A DNA stretch of 63,357 nucleotides, filler included, from Octopus bimaculoides (GCF_001194135.2; 4 parts of 3 records of this genome joined end to end with filler, not necessarily neighbours in it), one strand, 5' to 3'. Positions 11,987 to 23,057 are shown, numbered from the whole stretch's first letter. Numbers and translations: made by a program. The notes: generated by a model from the sequence alone, not told the origin.

Positions 11987-12230
11987 GGCATATGGCATAG
12001 TGGTTAAGAGCGTGGGCTACTAGCCCCAAGATTCCAAGTTCAATTCCAGGCAGTGACCTAAATAATAATAATAACAAGAACATCGAAAAATACCTTAGGA
12101 ATGAGAACCCAGGTTTGAAATTTCCCCAAGACACCTGATGAAAGCTGGAGGGTATATCAGCTGAAACGTTGTGTTAACAGCAAACAAGAGAAGGACATAT
12201 ATCCGTCAAATGTAAATAATGTAAAAGAGT
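11987..12230 (+). mobile_element. tRNA-headed SINE-like element carrying a hammerhead ribozyme motif
   Basis: A-box TGGCATAGTGG 11993-12003, anticodon-like arm GGG-CTACTAG-CCC, B-box GTTCAATTCC 12038-12047, (AAT)n, then a hammerhead at 12130-12175. Confidence 0.75.
12130..12175 (+). ncRNA. Minimal type I hammerhead ribozyme (predicted)
   Basis: Stem I GACAC/GUGUU, core CUGAUGA 12135-12141, stem II AGCUG/CAGCU, GAAA 12163-12166, palindromic AACGUU in place of stem III, predicted cleavage after GUU (12170). Confidence 0.7.
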
Positions 12231-15023
12231 TTGATATTTAATTTCATATGTAATTTGTATGTGTACATGTGTGTGTGAAACTGAAATCTAAATACAATTT
12301 ATGATAAAAATTTGATTTAAGTCCAAATGGCTACAGTAGCAACATTATTACATGTTAATATATACACTATAGTTTAAAGGCACAAAGAGATTTTACCTGC
12401 CAAATATCAAAATATAAGCCGTTTACTGAGTGATACATTGAATTTCATGCATTAAAATTAGCATGTTTATAATGAATTGGAAATCATTTGTGTTTTATAT
12501 ATAATCAAGGATATTTATAGTTTTAGTTAAGGTAGTGTAGTGGCAGAATTGTTATCGGCATTTTGTCTGTCTGCTAATTTTAATGCATAAATCAAACCCT
12601 GACTGAGTATACCTATCACCAATATCATTCTCGCTATGACCATTCAATAAAAAACTCAATGTGAGGAAGTAGAGTAGGTTATAAATTTATTTTAAACCAA
12701 AGTTACATTCATTGCAACTAACAGTTTCATATTTTATTCATTTTCAAGCAATCAATGTAATAAATAAAAGAGGCCTGTACGATATAAATTACAAAAACCA
12801 TTGGATAAATATGTTAACAATAAGAAATGATATGGTATGAAGTATCATATGATATGAAGTATGATATATAGCTGTCATTCACTTACTTGCTTGACAAAAA
12901 TAACAAGTATCTTATTCATGTCTGCTGAAGAACAGTTTTGATATTTTTTTAGAACATGGACGAAGAACAAATATTTTGATCTATAGTGACAAAAGATATC
13001 AACTCTGAGCATTCAAGAAGGAACCTTTAAAAACAAAATATATTCATTTTCTCAGGAAAGCAAAGGTCACAACCTCTGCAAATATGTTTATAAGGTTTGA
13101 CATGTTAAATATTCCAAACAAATTTGTCCTTAAAATAATTTTCAATGACCATACGTGTTTTAATAAACCTAACCAAATACCTTTCCAGATTTTTGAAAGG
13201 AAGCTAATGCCAATTACACTGTCCATTAGTTAACTCAATATGGTCTTTGGAAACTGATTTATCAGCTGTAAATACTTGTGTGAAATAAACTATTGATCTC
13301 AAAAGGATTGAATTATTCAATGAGCAATATACAGAATTAAGAAAATTAAACAAGCTAGAAAAATTGGATGAAGAAAATTCAAGATTATTATGTACTCATG
13401 TTGATTGGTATTTCTGTTGCAAAACTGTGTACAGCTGAAGCTAAATTTGACATTATTTCTATTAAAAATTTCAGAAGTCATGATTCTTCAGAAAATGATT
13501 ATTTACATATAGGAAAGGTTTAACAATGCATGTGCTTAGAATGGGGTATTGAACAAAATGATTTTCCCGTTTTTTTTTGTTTTTACATTCCTGAGAATTG
13601 CAATTATTTATTTAACTAATTTAATATTTCAATCCACTTTGTTTATCACTTCATTGAAACAAGACAATACACCTTATTGAAGGAAGATCTTTCTGATGAA
13701 ATACAGGATAGCCATATGCTAATATTCTGCACTAAATTTTATTTGTGGCAAATGAATGATTAGGGTTGTATGCATTTAGACTTTTCATTCAGCTTAAAGA
13801 CTAGTAGAGTACCCAATGAAAGCTTATAATTAGATGTAAATAAAAATGCCAAAATAACAGGAAAATAAGAAAATTATATTTATCACTCCCAAAATATTAC
13901 ACAGATAAGACTCACTACAAAAGTTCCTGAAGAACAATATTTCTCGCGTAGACATGAGGAGGTACTAACACATCCTGGCCATCTGAATTTTCAATCTGTA
14001 ATTTCAAAGCATTCCTAACCCAAACCCAGATAATTACATATAGAAATATATGGACTGAAGGAAAATCCTTCACTGAAATTACTGCATACATGATAGAATT
14101 TCACTCATAATAACAGTATAAAATCTTCGATTAAACTTCCTCCAGGAGTGTTTAAAATCTAAAAAACAACAAGCAAGGGAGTTACTGCTAACAGAATCAG
14201 CTAATTTAAACTGTTAAGAAATACAGATAATGCAATTAGGAAAAGGCATTAAAAGTCAAATGGTGAAATAAATGAACATGTTTTGGTCTTGCTTTATCTT
14301 ATATCCAAAGTATATTCACCTTAGCTGGTTTAGACTTGAAAGTGATCAGTAGATATAGCAATAGAAGGTAAACAGTGATACTGATACAAATTGCTTCTCC
14401 ATACAGAGATCAATTCTGATCAGAAGACAAAATAAAAAAAGCCTTCTCTAGGCAGTATTTATCATTTAACGGTAAGGATAATCTCAGTTTTATAATTCAC
14501 TATATATCACGTATAACACACTACCACACACACACACACACTACTAGATGCAAAAGCAACACTAGGGTAACATAAAGATGAAAAATAAACTCACAACATA
14601 AACAAAATAAGAGTGAAATAGAAATACTTGAGGGATTCGTAGTAGGATTTGGTGATCCTTAAAAATTCCATGGTAACAGACTAGCCTGAAGAAATCGATT
14701 CACACTTTGATGATAAATAAAATCAATAAACATTCTTGTGTATTCAATCCTCTCTCCTGACCACTAACTACAGCTCTCAGCACAAACACATACACCTGCA
14801 AATATTTATTGTGCTGCATGCATGCGCAATACTCTCTTTCTACATTCATACATATTTTCATGGGCAATCAAAAATATAAAAGTACATTGTTGTTTTTATT
14901 GTGGTAGGATTGTTTCCATCTACTCACAATAAATACTTCTTAATAATAAACAACATTCACATATTAATATTTACTTTTATATAACACTTATACACACACA
15001 CACACACACAGATGTATGTGTGT

Positions 15024-16200
15024 GTCGGATTGTACTTGCAGGACTCCCGTTTGCGCCGTAAACAGGAATTAATCTTCTCTCTTCGCTCCTTTGCATCATA
15101 TGGGCTTAACTCTCCTCCCCTCTTCATCTAACCACCTCCCCTCCCCCACCTACTTCCTCCCACCCACCTCTCCTCTCTTCCCCCGACTCCTACTTCTCTT
15201 CACCCCTACTCTCTTTCTCTTACTCTCTTCTTTCACACCCACCTTCCCCTTCCCCCTTCAACATCTACCTTCCCTCATAAGCCCACCCCACCACTACACT
15301 CCTACACCACCTTCCCATCCCTTACACCCTCTCCCACATACCCCACCCTAATCCACACCCCACCCATGCTTTCCCCACCTCCCAACACCATCACACCACA
15401 CTAAGCTACACCATACCACATAACATATCACAACACACTACAACGCACACACCAGCACTGACCAATTCCCATCCCCACATTTTCACACCTTCACACCTGN
15501 NNNNNNNNNNNNNNNNACCTCCCCTCCCCCACCTACTTCCTCCCACCCACCTCTCCTCTCTTCCCCCGACTCCTACTTCTCTTCACCCCTACTCTCTTTC
15601 TCTTACTCTCTTCTTTCACACCCACCTTCCCCTTCCCCCTTCAACATCTACCTTCCCTCATAAGCCCACCCCACCACTACACTCCTACACCACCTTCCCA
15701 TCCCTTACACCCTCTCCCACATACCCCACCCTAATCCACACCCCACCCATGCTTTCCCCACCTCCCAACACCATCACACCACACTAAGCTACACCATACC
15801 ACATAACATATCACAACACACTACAACGCACACACCAGCACTGACCAATTCCCATCCCCACATTTTCACACCTTCACACCTGCATATACACATGCATACG
15901 TTAAGATCACCAGCATTCTTTCACACACACACGCACCTTCGTTTTGGGATCACTACTACTTTGTTATCTTCTCTTCTTCTTAACTCTCCTGTGGGACCCT
16001 TCTGTCCGGCATTTGCCATGATAGGTCGCTGACCACTACACACATTTTTTTCTTTCCCTGTTTCTTTCCGTGTTCCTTTCTGTAGAAGAGCGTAGGCACA
16101 AAACGTTAAAGACTTTCTTAATTCCAGAGCATTATACTAATACATCTATTTGTTTTCTATACCACCTGTCTTTGTCTGTTGTTTTTTGCGAATTCTCCCT
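15024..16200 (+). mobile_element. 5'-truncated Penelope-like element, family 2 (EN C-terminus, C-rich 3' UTR, hammerhead-like end)
   Basis: 15024-15131 encodes ...SRLRRKQELIFSLRSFASYGLN, which resembles the PLE GIY-YIG terminal E..LIF.L.....GLN motif. 15930-16200 aligns to 48735-49020(-). Degenerate HHR at 16076-16112; ends at (TA)n. Confidence 0.7.
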
Positions 16201-16221
16201 ATATATATATATATATATATA

Positions 16222-16489
16222 AGCAATGTTAAATCTCTGAACGAGGTATAAACAATAACTGCACGACAACGTGAAGTATATTTGCCACTTAAATGCGGCT
16301 AGACCCTAAGGGTGAATGTTACTGTTGATTTTAGCCCCAGGAGAACATCTCCTCCATGGACTCGAGTTTCTGGGTACTTACCCAGAAACTCGAGTCCGTG
16401 CGTATCACATCAGATCGACGATGGGAAGGATGACTTCCCTTTGCAAATACCGACAGGGCACAGAAAGTGTCAATAACCAGCTGGAGGAC
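16222..16489. mobile_element. Unclassified (TA)n-anchored repeat, family E, with hairpin insert
   Basis: aagcaatgttaa...gccacttaa...gttactgttg.ttttagccccagga..acatctcctcca is shared with 55466-55600. Perfect 18-bp hairpin at 16358-16397. Confidence 0.6.
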
Positions 16490-16947
16490 NNNNNNNNNNN
16501 NNNNNNNNNNNNNNNNNNNNNNNNNNNNNNNNNNNNNNNNNNNNNNNNNNNNNNNNNNNNNNNNNNNNNNNNNNNNNNNNNNNNNNNNNNNNNNNNNNNN
16601 NNNNNNNNNNNNNNNNNNNNNNNNNNNNNNNNNNNNNNNNNNNNNNNNNNNNNNNNNNNNNNNNNNNNNNNNNNNNNNNNNNNNNNNNNNNNNNNNNNNN
16701 NNNNNNNNNNNNNNNNNNNNNNNNNNNNNNNNNNNNNNNNNNNNNNNNNNNNNNNNNNNNNNNNNNNNNNNNNNNNNNNNNNNNNNNNNNNNNNNNNNNN
16801 NNNNNNNNNNNNNNNNNNNNNNNNNNNNNNNNNNNNNNNNNNNNNNNNNNNNNNNNNNNNNNNNNNNNNNNNNNNNNNNNTTTATTTATTTCATTTCTAA
16901 TGAACATAAATGGGATATACCAATACTATATTTGCATACACATGCAT

Positions 16948-17795
16948 AAACTAATAAATTACAGTAACTAATGAATTTATATACAATTATAAATATTTAG
17001 GGGTGAAAAAAGTATTCGTACAGAATAAATTTATGAGTTTCTATGTCACAAAATACTGTTAAAATAATTTATTTTTTTACTAGAACTTTCTCGTTTGTTC
17101 CAATAATCTTATCAGTGGTCATTTGTAAGTGTCATAACACTAGCTTCTTCATTCAGCACTGAGACAACATAAAGTAGTGTCGTAATAATGGCGAAAAGTA
17201 AAAGAACTCACAAATTCAGTGAAAAACTTAATTATTGAACAGTGGAAAGCAGGTAAAAGTTACAGCAAAATTTCAGAGACCCTTTGTATTCCATTTTCTA
17301 CCATATCTTCATTTATTCAAAGATATAAAAAATTGGGAACTGTTGAAAACAGAATAAGATCCGGTGCACCATGCAAGATTTCCCATAGATCTTTAAGAAA
17401 AATGAAGTGAAGAATCAAAAAAATGCAATGATCCGCTGAAAGGAGTTGCAAGAAGATTTGTTAGCTTCAGGGACTAGTGTTACACTATGAACAATCAGCA
17501 ATGAACTTCATAGGAATGAAATGAAGTCATGCTCTCCTAGAAAAACTCCACTGTTGACTAAAAGGCATAGAGATGCCCCTTTAAAATTTGTTTATAAACA
17601 TAAAGATAGATATGATACATCCTGGGAAAATGTTCTTTGGACAGACGAGTCGAAAATTGAATTGTTTGGACNNNNNNNNNNATGCTACGAAGTATTAAAT
17701 CAGAATTATCAGTTATGTTCTGTACGAATACGTTTTTCACCCCTAAATATATATATTTGTATATAAATTCATTAGTGACTATAATTTATTAGTTT
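16948..17795 (+). mobile_element. Tc1-like DNA transposon remnant with 78-bp inverted ends
   Basis: Broken transposase from ATG 17188: MAKSK..LIIEQWKAGKSYSKISETL..RSGAP..RKTPLL..WENVLWTDESKIELFG (paired-like HTH and first D of DDE). Inverted repeats at 16948-17025 and 17718-17795. Confidence 0.9.
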
Positions 17796-17821
17796 CTTTT
17801 GCATATTCTTAGTTTATGTAT

Positions 17822-18320
17822 GTGTATTCAGAGAGCTCTTACCTCTGCTGGTGACAAAGGGCCTCTCGCTCAGAGTAAAAGGCAGACTGTATGATGCATG
17901 TGTACGAACAGCCATGCAACATGGCAGTGAAACATGGGCCGTGACTGCTGAGGACTTGCGTAAGCTCACAAGGAATGAAGCCAGTATGCTCCAATGTATT
18001 TGTAATGTCAGTGTGCATACTCGACAGAGTGTAAGTACCTTGAGAGAAAAGTTGGACCTAAGAAGCATCTGTTGTGGTGTGTAAGAGAGATGATTGCGCT
18101 GATATGGACATGTGGCGAGAATGGATGAGGATAGCTGTGTGAAAAAGTGCCACACCCTAGCGGTTGAGGGAACCTGTGGAAGAGGTAGATCCAGGAAGAC
18201 CTGGGATGACATGGTGAAGCATGACCTTCGAACATTAGGCCTCACTAAGGCAATGACTAGTGACCGAGACCTTTGGAAATATGCTCTGCTGAGAAGACCC
18301 GGCAAGACAAGTGAGACCAT
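17822..18320 (+). mobile_element. RTE-clade LINE, 3' coding fragment
   Basis: KGRLYDACVRTAMQHGSETW...LREKL...YGHVARMDEDSCVKKC...EGTCGRGRSRKTWDDMVKHDL, with internal stops. Confidence 0.9.
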
Positions 18321-18329
18321 AACCCGTGG

Positions 18330-18977
18330 CCTTTAGCAGGGGTATAGCAAGCCCACTTATGCGTACCTTTCTTCTTAGAACACAAAACTCTGTTTGTGAA
18401 GACCTTTTGAGGCAAGTGAAATTAAAATCAAATTCGACGAGTGGCACCCATGCCAACCTCTCCTTCATTGGACACTAAACTCTGCTTGCGAAGACCTGTT
18501 GGGGCAAATGAAATCGAAATTGAACCAAATTCAATGACTGGCACCTGTGCCAGTGGAGCGTTAACAGCTCCATCCAAATGGGATCACTGCCAGAGCAGCT
18601 GTCCAGCTTCCGTGCCAGTGGCACGTAAAAAGCACCATTTAAGTTTGATCATTACCAGTGTCACCTTACTGGCACTTGAACAAAACATTCGAGTGAGGTC
18701 GTTGCCAGTGCCGCTGGACTGACTCCTGTGCAGGTGGCACATAAAAAACACCATTTGAGCGTGGCCGTTGCCAGTACCGTCAGACTGGCCCTCGTACTGG
18801 TGGCACGTAAAAGCACCCACTACACTCTCGGAGTGGTTAGCGTTAGGAAGGGCATCCAGCTGTAGAAACTCTGCCAGATCAGATTGGAGCCCAGTGCAGC
18901 CATCTAGTTCACCAGTCCTCAGTCAAATCATCCAACCCATGCTACCATGGAAAGCAGGTGTTAAATGATGACGATGA

Positions 18978-18980
<3 letters not shown>
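18330..18980 (+). mobile_element. RTE-associated 3' UTR / SINE tail with internal subrepeats
   Basis: Three GGTGGCACGTAAAAGCACC-like blocks, then GAGTGGTTAGCGTTAGGAAGGGCATCCAGCTGTAGAAAC and a (GAT)n end. Other copies at about 29490-29660(-), 31675-31880(-) and 41760-42040(+). Confidence 0.75.
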
Positions 18981-19016
<36 letters not shown>

Positions 19017-19200
19017 NNNNNNNNNNNNNNNNNNNNNNNNNNNNNNNNNNNNNNNNNNNNNNNNNNNNNNNNNNNNNNNNNNNNNNNNNNNNNNNNNNNN
19101 NNNNNNNNNNNNNNNNNNNNNNNNNNNNNNNNNNNNNNNNNNNNNNNNNNNNNNNNNNNNNNNNNNNNNNNNNNNNNNNNNNNNNNNNNNNNNNNNNNNN

Positions 19201-19232
<32 letters not shown>

Positions 19233-19306
19233 GAGAACAAAAACCAAGGCAGGACGAGTATCATAACTCATTTAGAATAATTTAGTTAGGGTAAGGTGAA
19301 TTTAAA

Positions 19307-19382
19307 GTCTTACAGCTGTTTTTGGGATATCCCAAGTGATAGGCTAGCATGTCCGTACACTGGGTATTCTGTCATCAGAAAC
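19307..19382 (-). ncRNA. Extended hammerhead motif in inverted PLE terminus (G12 lost)
   Basis: Minus strand: GUUU CUGAUGA [long stem II] AAAAA CAGCUG UA|AGAC, with palindromic ACAGCUGU. Homologous to 54444-54519. Confidence 0.55.
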
Positions 19383-19688
19383 AGAGTATGTATGAATGTT
19401 CTAGATGGGGAAATGGAAGAATAAAGAGTAAAAATAGACAGAAGAATACAGACAGGAGAATAAAGTTTACAGCTCATCTTTTTCCAGAGGGAATGGAGGT
19501 TAGTCTGTACTTACGTGAAGGTATAGGTCCTTAGGTATAATCCCAGGTAAATCCAGGCAGTATTTTGAATGATGTGTTCGTGATGAAGTAATGGATTAAA
19601 TGGTAAGCTAGTATGTAAATGGTCTCCATAGGTATATAGAACGAGGAAGACAGACAGTATTATTCTTCATAAGTGTCGGTTCAGTCTG

Positions 19689-19808
19689 CGTTCCACATGT
19701 GGACTCTGCCTGAAAGAAGTCCTCCAAATATTAATTCTTAATTCACTGCAATTACTCAATAAACATGTAGCATTCTCTACATGTAAGCACAAGTTCTATT
19801 GTATCTAG
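19689..19808 (+). pseudogene. PLE GIY-YIG C-terminal fragment (upstream partial copy)
   Basis: RSTCGLCLKEVLQILILNSLQLLNKHVAFSTCKHKFYCI* aligns to RSNCKFCLKEAFHILKYNSLTLLNRYNEALSTCNHR in the 22200 ORF. Confidence 0.8.
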
Positions 19809-20660
19809 AGATTCTTCCATAGGTCCAAAAGCACGCAAAATCAACACAAATAACACTTGCCTATATCCATCCATGGTCATTACACTATGCGTATATGTTT
19901 TCTTTTCCTTTTCTTCTCTATCAACATAAGTATCTTAGAAGCTAGCTAGTTTTAATTTTTTAATTTTTATTTTCAATTTAAGTTTTAATTTTTAATTCTT
20001 TAATTTGTACCCTTTATCCATTTAATTGTAGTTTTATCATGTATATACTTCCTTAAGCTAGGCATCTATTTTTAGTTATTCCTACTGACTACTGAACTAA
20101 ATATTCTTTCTGACCACACCTAACCTAGAATTCATCTATTTAATAAATAGACATAAATACCTTCCTGCTCCACTTTACCAAAACCTTAAAGCCTAACCTC
20201 TCACCCCAAACTGACAAACAATAATGCTGGCATCCTATCTCTATCTTTATTTTTGATTTTACTTTACTTTCATTCTCATTCATTCTTTCCCACACCTATC
20301 CCATTCCTTTCTTTTCTCTCTTTCTCCTCTCTCTTCTATCCATTCACTCACAACCCATTTCTGTCTATCTTTCTCACTCTATATACCCACGTGGACCATT
20401 TACATACTAGCTTACCATTTAATCCATTACTTCAACATGAACACATCATTCAAAATATTGCCTGGATTTACCTGGGATTATACCTAACAACCTATACCTT
20501 CACAGAAGTACAGACCAACCTCCATACCATCTGGAAAAAGATGAGCTGTAAACTTTATTCTCCTGTCTCTATTCTTCTGTCTACTTTTACTCTTTATTCT
20601 TCTATTTTATTCATTATAAATTGAGAATTTCCCTGTCTAGAACCTTCATACATACTCACT

Positions 20661-21983
20661 TTGTCTCAGAATACCCAGTGTACAAACAAGCTAGTCTATG
20701 GTATTAGAAACGAGCTCAACAGATCCTACAAGCTAGCATCAACATCTGCTTTAAATGATGTCAACACCATCCACTGCAAACTCATGAGGAAACTACACGT
20801 GGATGACAGAACAGAACCATACTGCCCAGCACCTCCACACTTCAACCTCAAGGATCATAAGAAGGATTTTATCACAAAACCGTCTATACGCCTAATATGC
20901 CCTACCAAATCCGACCTCGGAAGGGTCAGCAAAAATATTCTGGACAAAATAATACCTGTTGTCAAAGAGAAATTAAACGCTAATCTATGGTACCATACTG
21001 GGGAGGTCATTACATGGTTTCACACCTTTGATGACAAAAACTCTTTTTCATTCCTTCAATTTGATATAAACAACTACTACTCCTCTATCTCTCCTAAACT
21101 TCTAAATAAGGCTATTCTTTTCGCTAGGAATTTTACTTGCATAACCCCACTAGAAATCAACATAATACTTAATGCATGCAAAACACTTATATACTTCGAA
21201 AACAAACTCTGGTGCCGAGCTAACCAACATAATAATAACTGTAACAACTTATTCGATGTAACCATGAGACCATCCGATTCCGCTCAGGCCACTGATTTAG
21301 TTGGGTTATATATACTTCACCAATTACGCTCACATTTCCCTAATATCCGCGGAGGTCTATATAGGGACGACGCCTTATTACTTACCAAGGCCATTAATAA
21401 ATCTTCTCTGGAAAGGACTAGAAAGGATCTACACAAATTCTTCTCTAATCTAAATCTATCCATCACATTTGAAAACGCATATAAAACGGCTAACTTTCTA
21501 GACGTTACTCTAAACTTGTCAAACTCACAATACTCCCCCTATCATAAACCTAACCAATACCTGAAATACTTCAACGTTCGCTCTAATCACCACATATCTA
21601 CTTTCAATAACATAGTCATGGGTATTTCAACCCGCATATCTGATCTATCCTCTTCCGAGGAAATCTTCAACAATCACGCTCCATACTACAATCAAGCTCT
21701 CGCCGCTAGTGGTTTCTCCCAACAAATAAAATACATCCATAACACCAGACTTAAACAATTTATATCCCAAATCACATCCCAAAGACATACCAATCATCAC
21801 AACCGCAACCAGCCACCCACATTTTCCAACAGACCCCACAATCACATTTATAACACTAGGGCTAAATCTAAGATAAATAAAGCAATTAGCAACACCAAAA
21901 ATGTGGACAACTCTTCTCCACCTAAATATTTAGATTACAACGTTCACAGAACCCCCCCAAAAAAGCGGTGGCCGCTCTATACT
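20661..21983 (+). CDS. Penelope-like reverse transcriptase (runs into gap; probably decayed)
   Basis: LKDHK..F...P.IRLICP.KS, motif A FLQFDINNYYSSI, motif B-like TMRPSDSAQATDLVGLYIL, motif C GLYRDDAL, FLDVTL, thumb YHKPN..SNH..ISTRISDLSS. Confidence 0.9.
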
Positions 21984-22167
21984 NNNNNNNNNNNNNNNNN
22001 NNNNNNNNNNNNNNNNNNNNNNNNNNNNNNTTAAATGTTGAAGTGAATCTAACGGATGTCGTGTGTTATTTTAAATGGCTTATAAACACCTTCCATGCTG
22101 CAATTGTTTTCGTTCCAGCACACGATCTCAGATCAGGTCACTTGCTATGCAAGTACAGCTCCGTAAC

Positions 22168-23057
22168 ATAAATACCATTCTATATTTAACAGATCCACTT
22201 TGAAATTGTCTTATTCAACCACACCTAACTTCGAATCTATTATAGCAACTTCTAATAAACATAAACTCTCACTCTATTATCAAAACTCACACAACTATAA
22301 CTATGGTAATACTAGCACTCAGCGCATGCATATACCCAACACAGACATTCATATACGTGCATCTAACACTGACACTCGTACACTTGAACACGACCATAAT
22401 AGATCCCAGCCCACTAGTATACCTGGAAATAATACTACTATATCCTATAATAATAACAATAGAGGGAATAACTATAACAGTAATGATTTCATTGATCTAG
22501 ATTCTTCTACATCCTCACACAACATATCCTCCAACAATGTTGCCTCATCCACCACAGAACACAACCCCCAAGTTTCATCTATTTGTAACTGTCGCTCCGG
22601 GACAATCTGCCCGCTACAAATGCATTGCATAAGATATAACGTAATATATAAATGCACTGTAACCAATCTGCTACATAACTCTACAGCTGCATACATAGGT
22701 GCAACTAAAAATTTCAAGCAACGCTATGCAGCCCACCTTCACTCTTTTAGATATGACAAACACAGCAAATCTACAACACTAGCCAACCACATTCACCACC
22801 TCAAAAATACATATACCCAGTATCCTTTAAAATGGTCCATTCTGGACTCTGGAACTCCATACCAGGGCCAGCGCTCTAATTGTAAGTTTTGCTTAAAGGA
22901 GGCGTTCCATATTTTAAAATACAATTCTCTCACTCTACTTAATCGATATAACGAAGCACTTAGCACCTGTAATCACCGTTTTTTCCATACATTCAAATTC
23001 TATCACAGACACAAATGCACAAATGACCACACAACGTACTCCCATAACTCCCTATAG
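22168..23057 (+). CDS. PLE linker + GIY-YIG endonuclease (CxCX5C type)
   Basis: KYHSIFNRSTLKLSYSTTPN, CNCRSGTICPL..C, VIYKCTV..YIGATKNFKQRYAAH, WSILD, CKFCLKE, LLN..CNH. The ORF track start 22200 is a TTG within this reading frame. Confidence 0.9.

Noticed and set aside
11987-12055. Possible genuine tRNA gene
   Set aside because: The acceptor and T stems do not pair properly, there is no oligo-T terminator and it runs into repeat body; treated as a SINE head. The same holds for the other A/B-box heads.
15136-15880. ~365-bp tandem duplication of C-rich sequence
   Set aside because: Exact copy across a short N gap; assembly overlap.
19690-19790. Conserved antisense peptide VENATCLLSNCSELRINIWRTSFRQSPHV (also within ORF 55554..56372)
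   Set aside because: It is the shadow of the GIY-YIG C-terminus encoded on the opposite strand, which explains the codon-periodic conservation.
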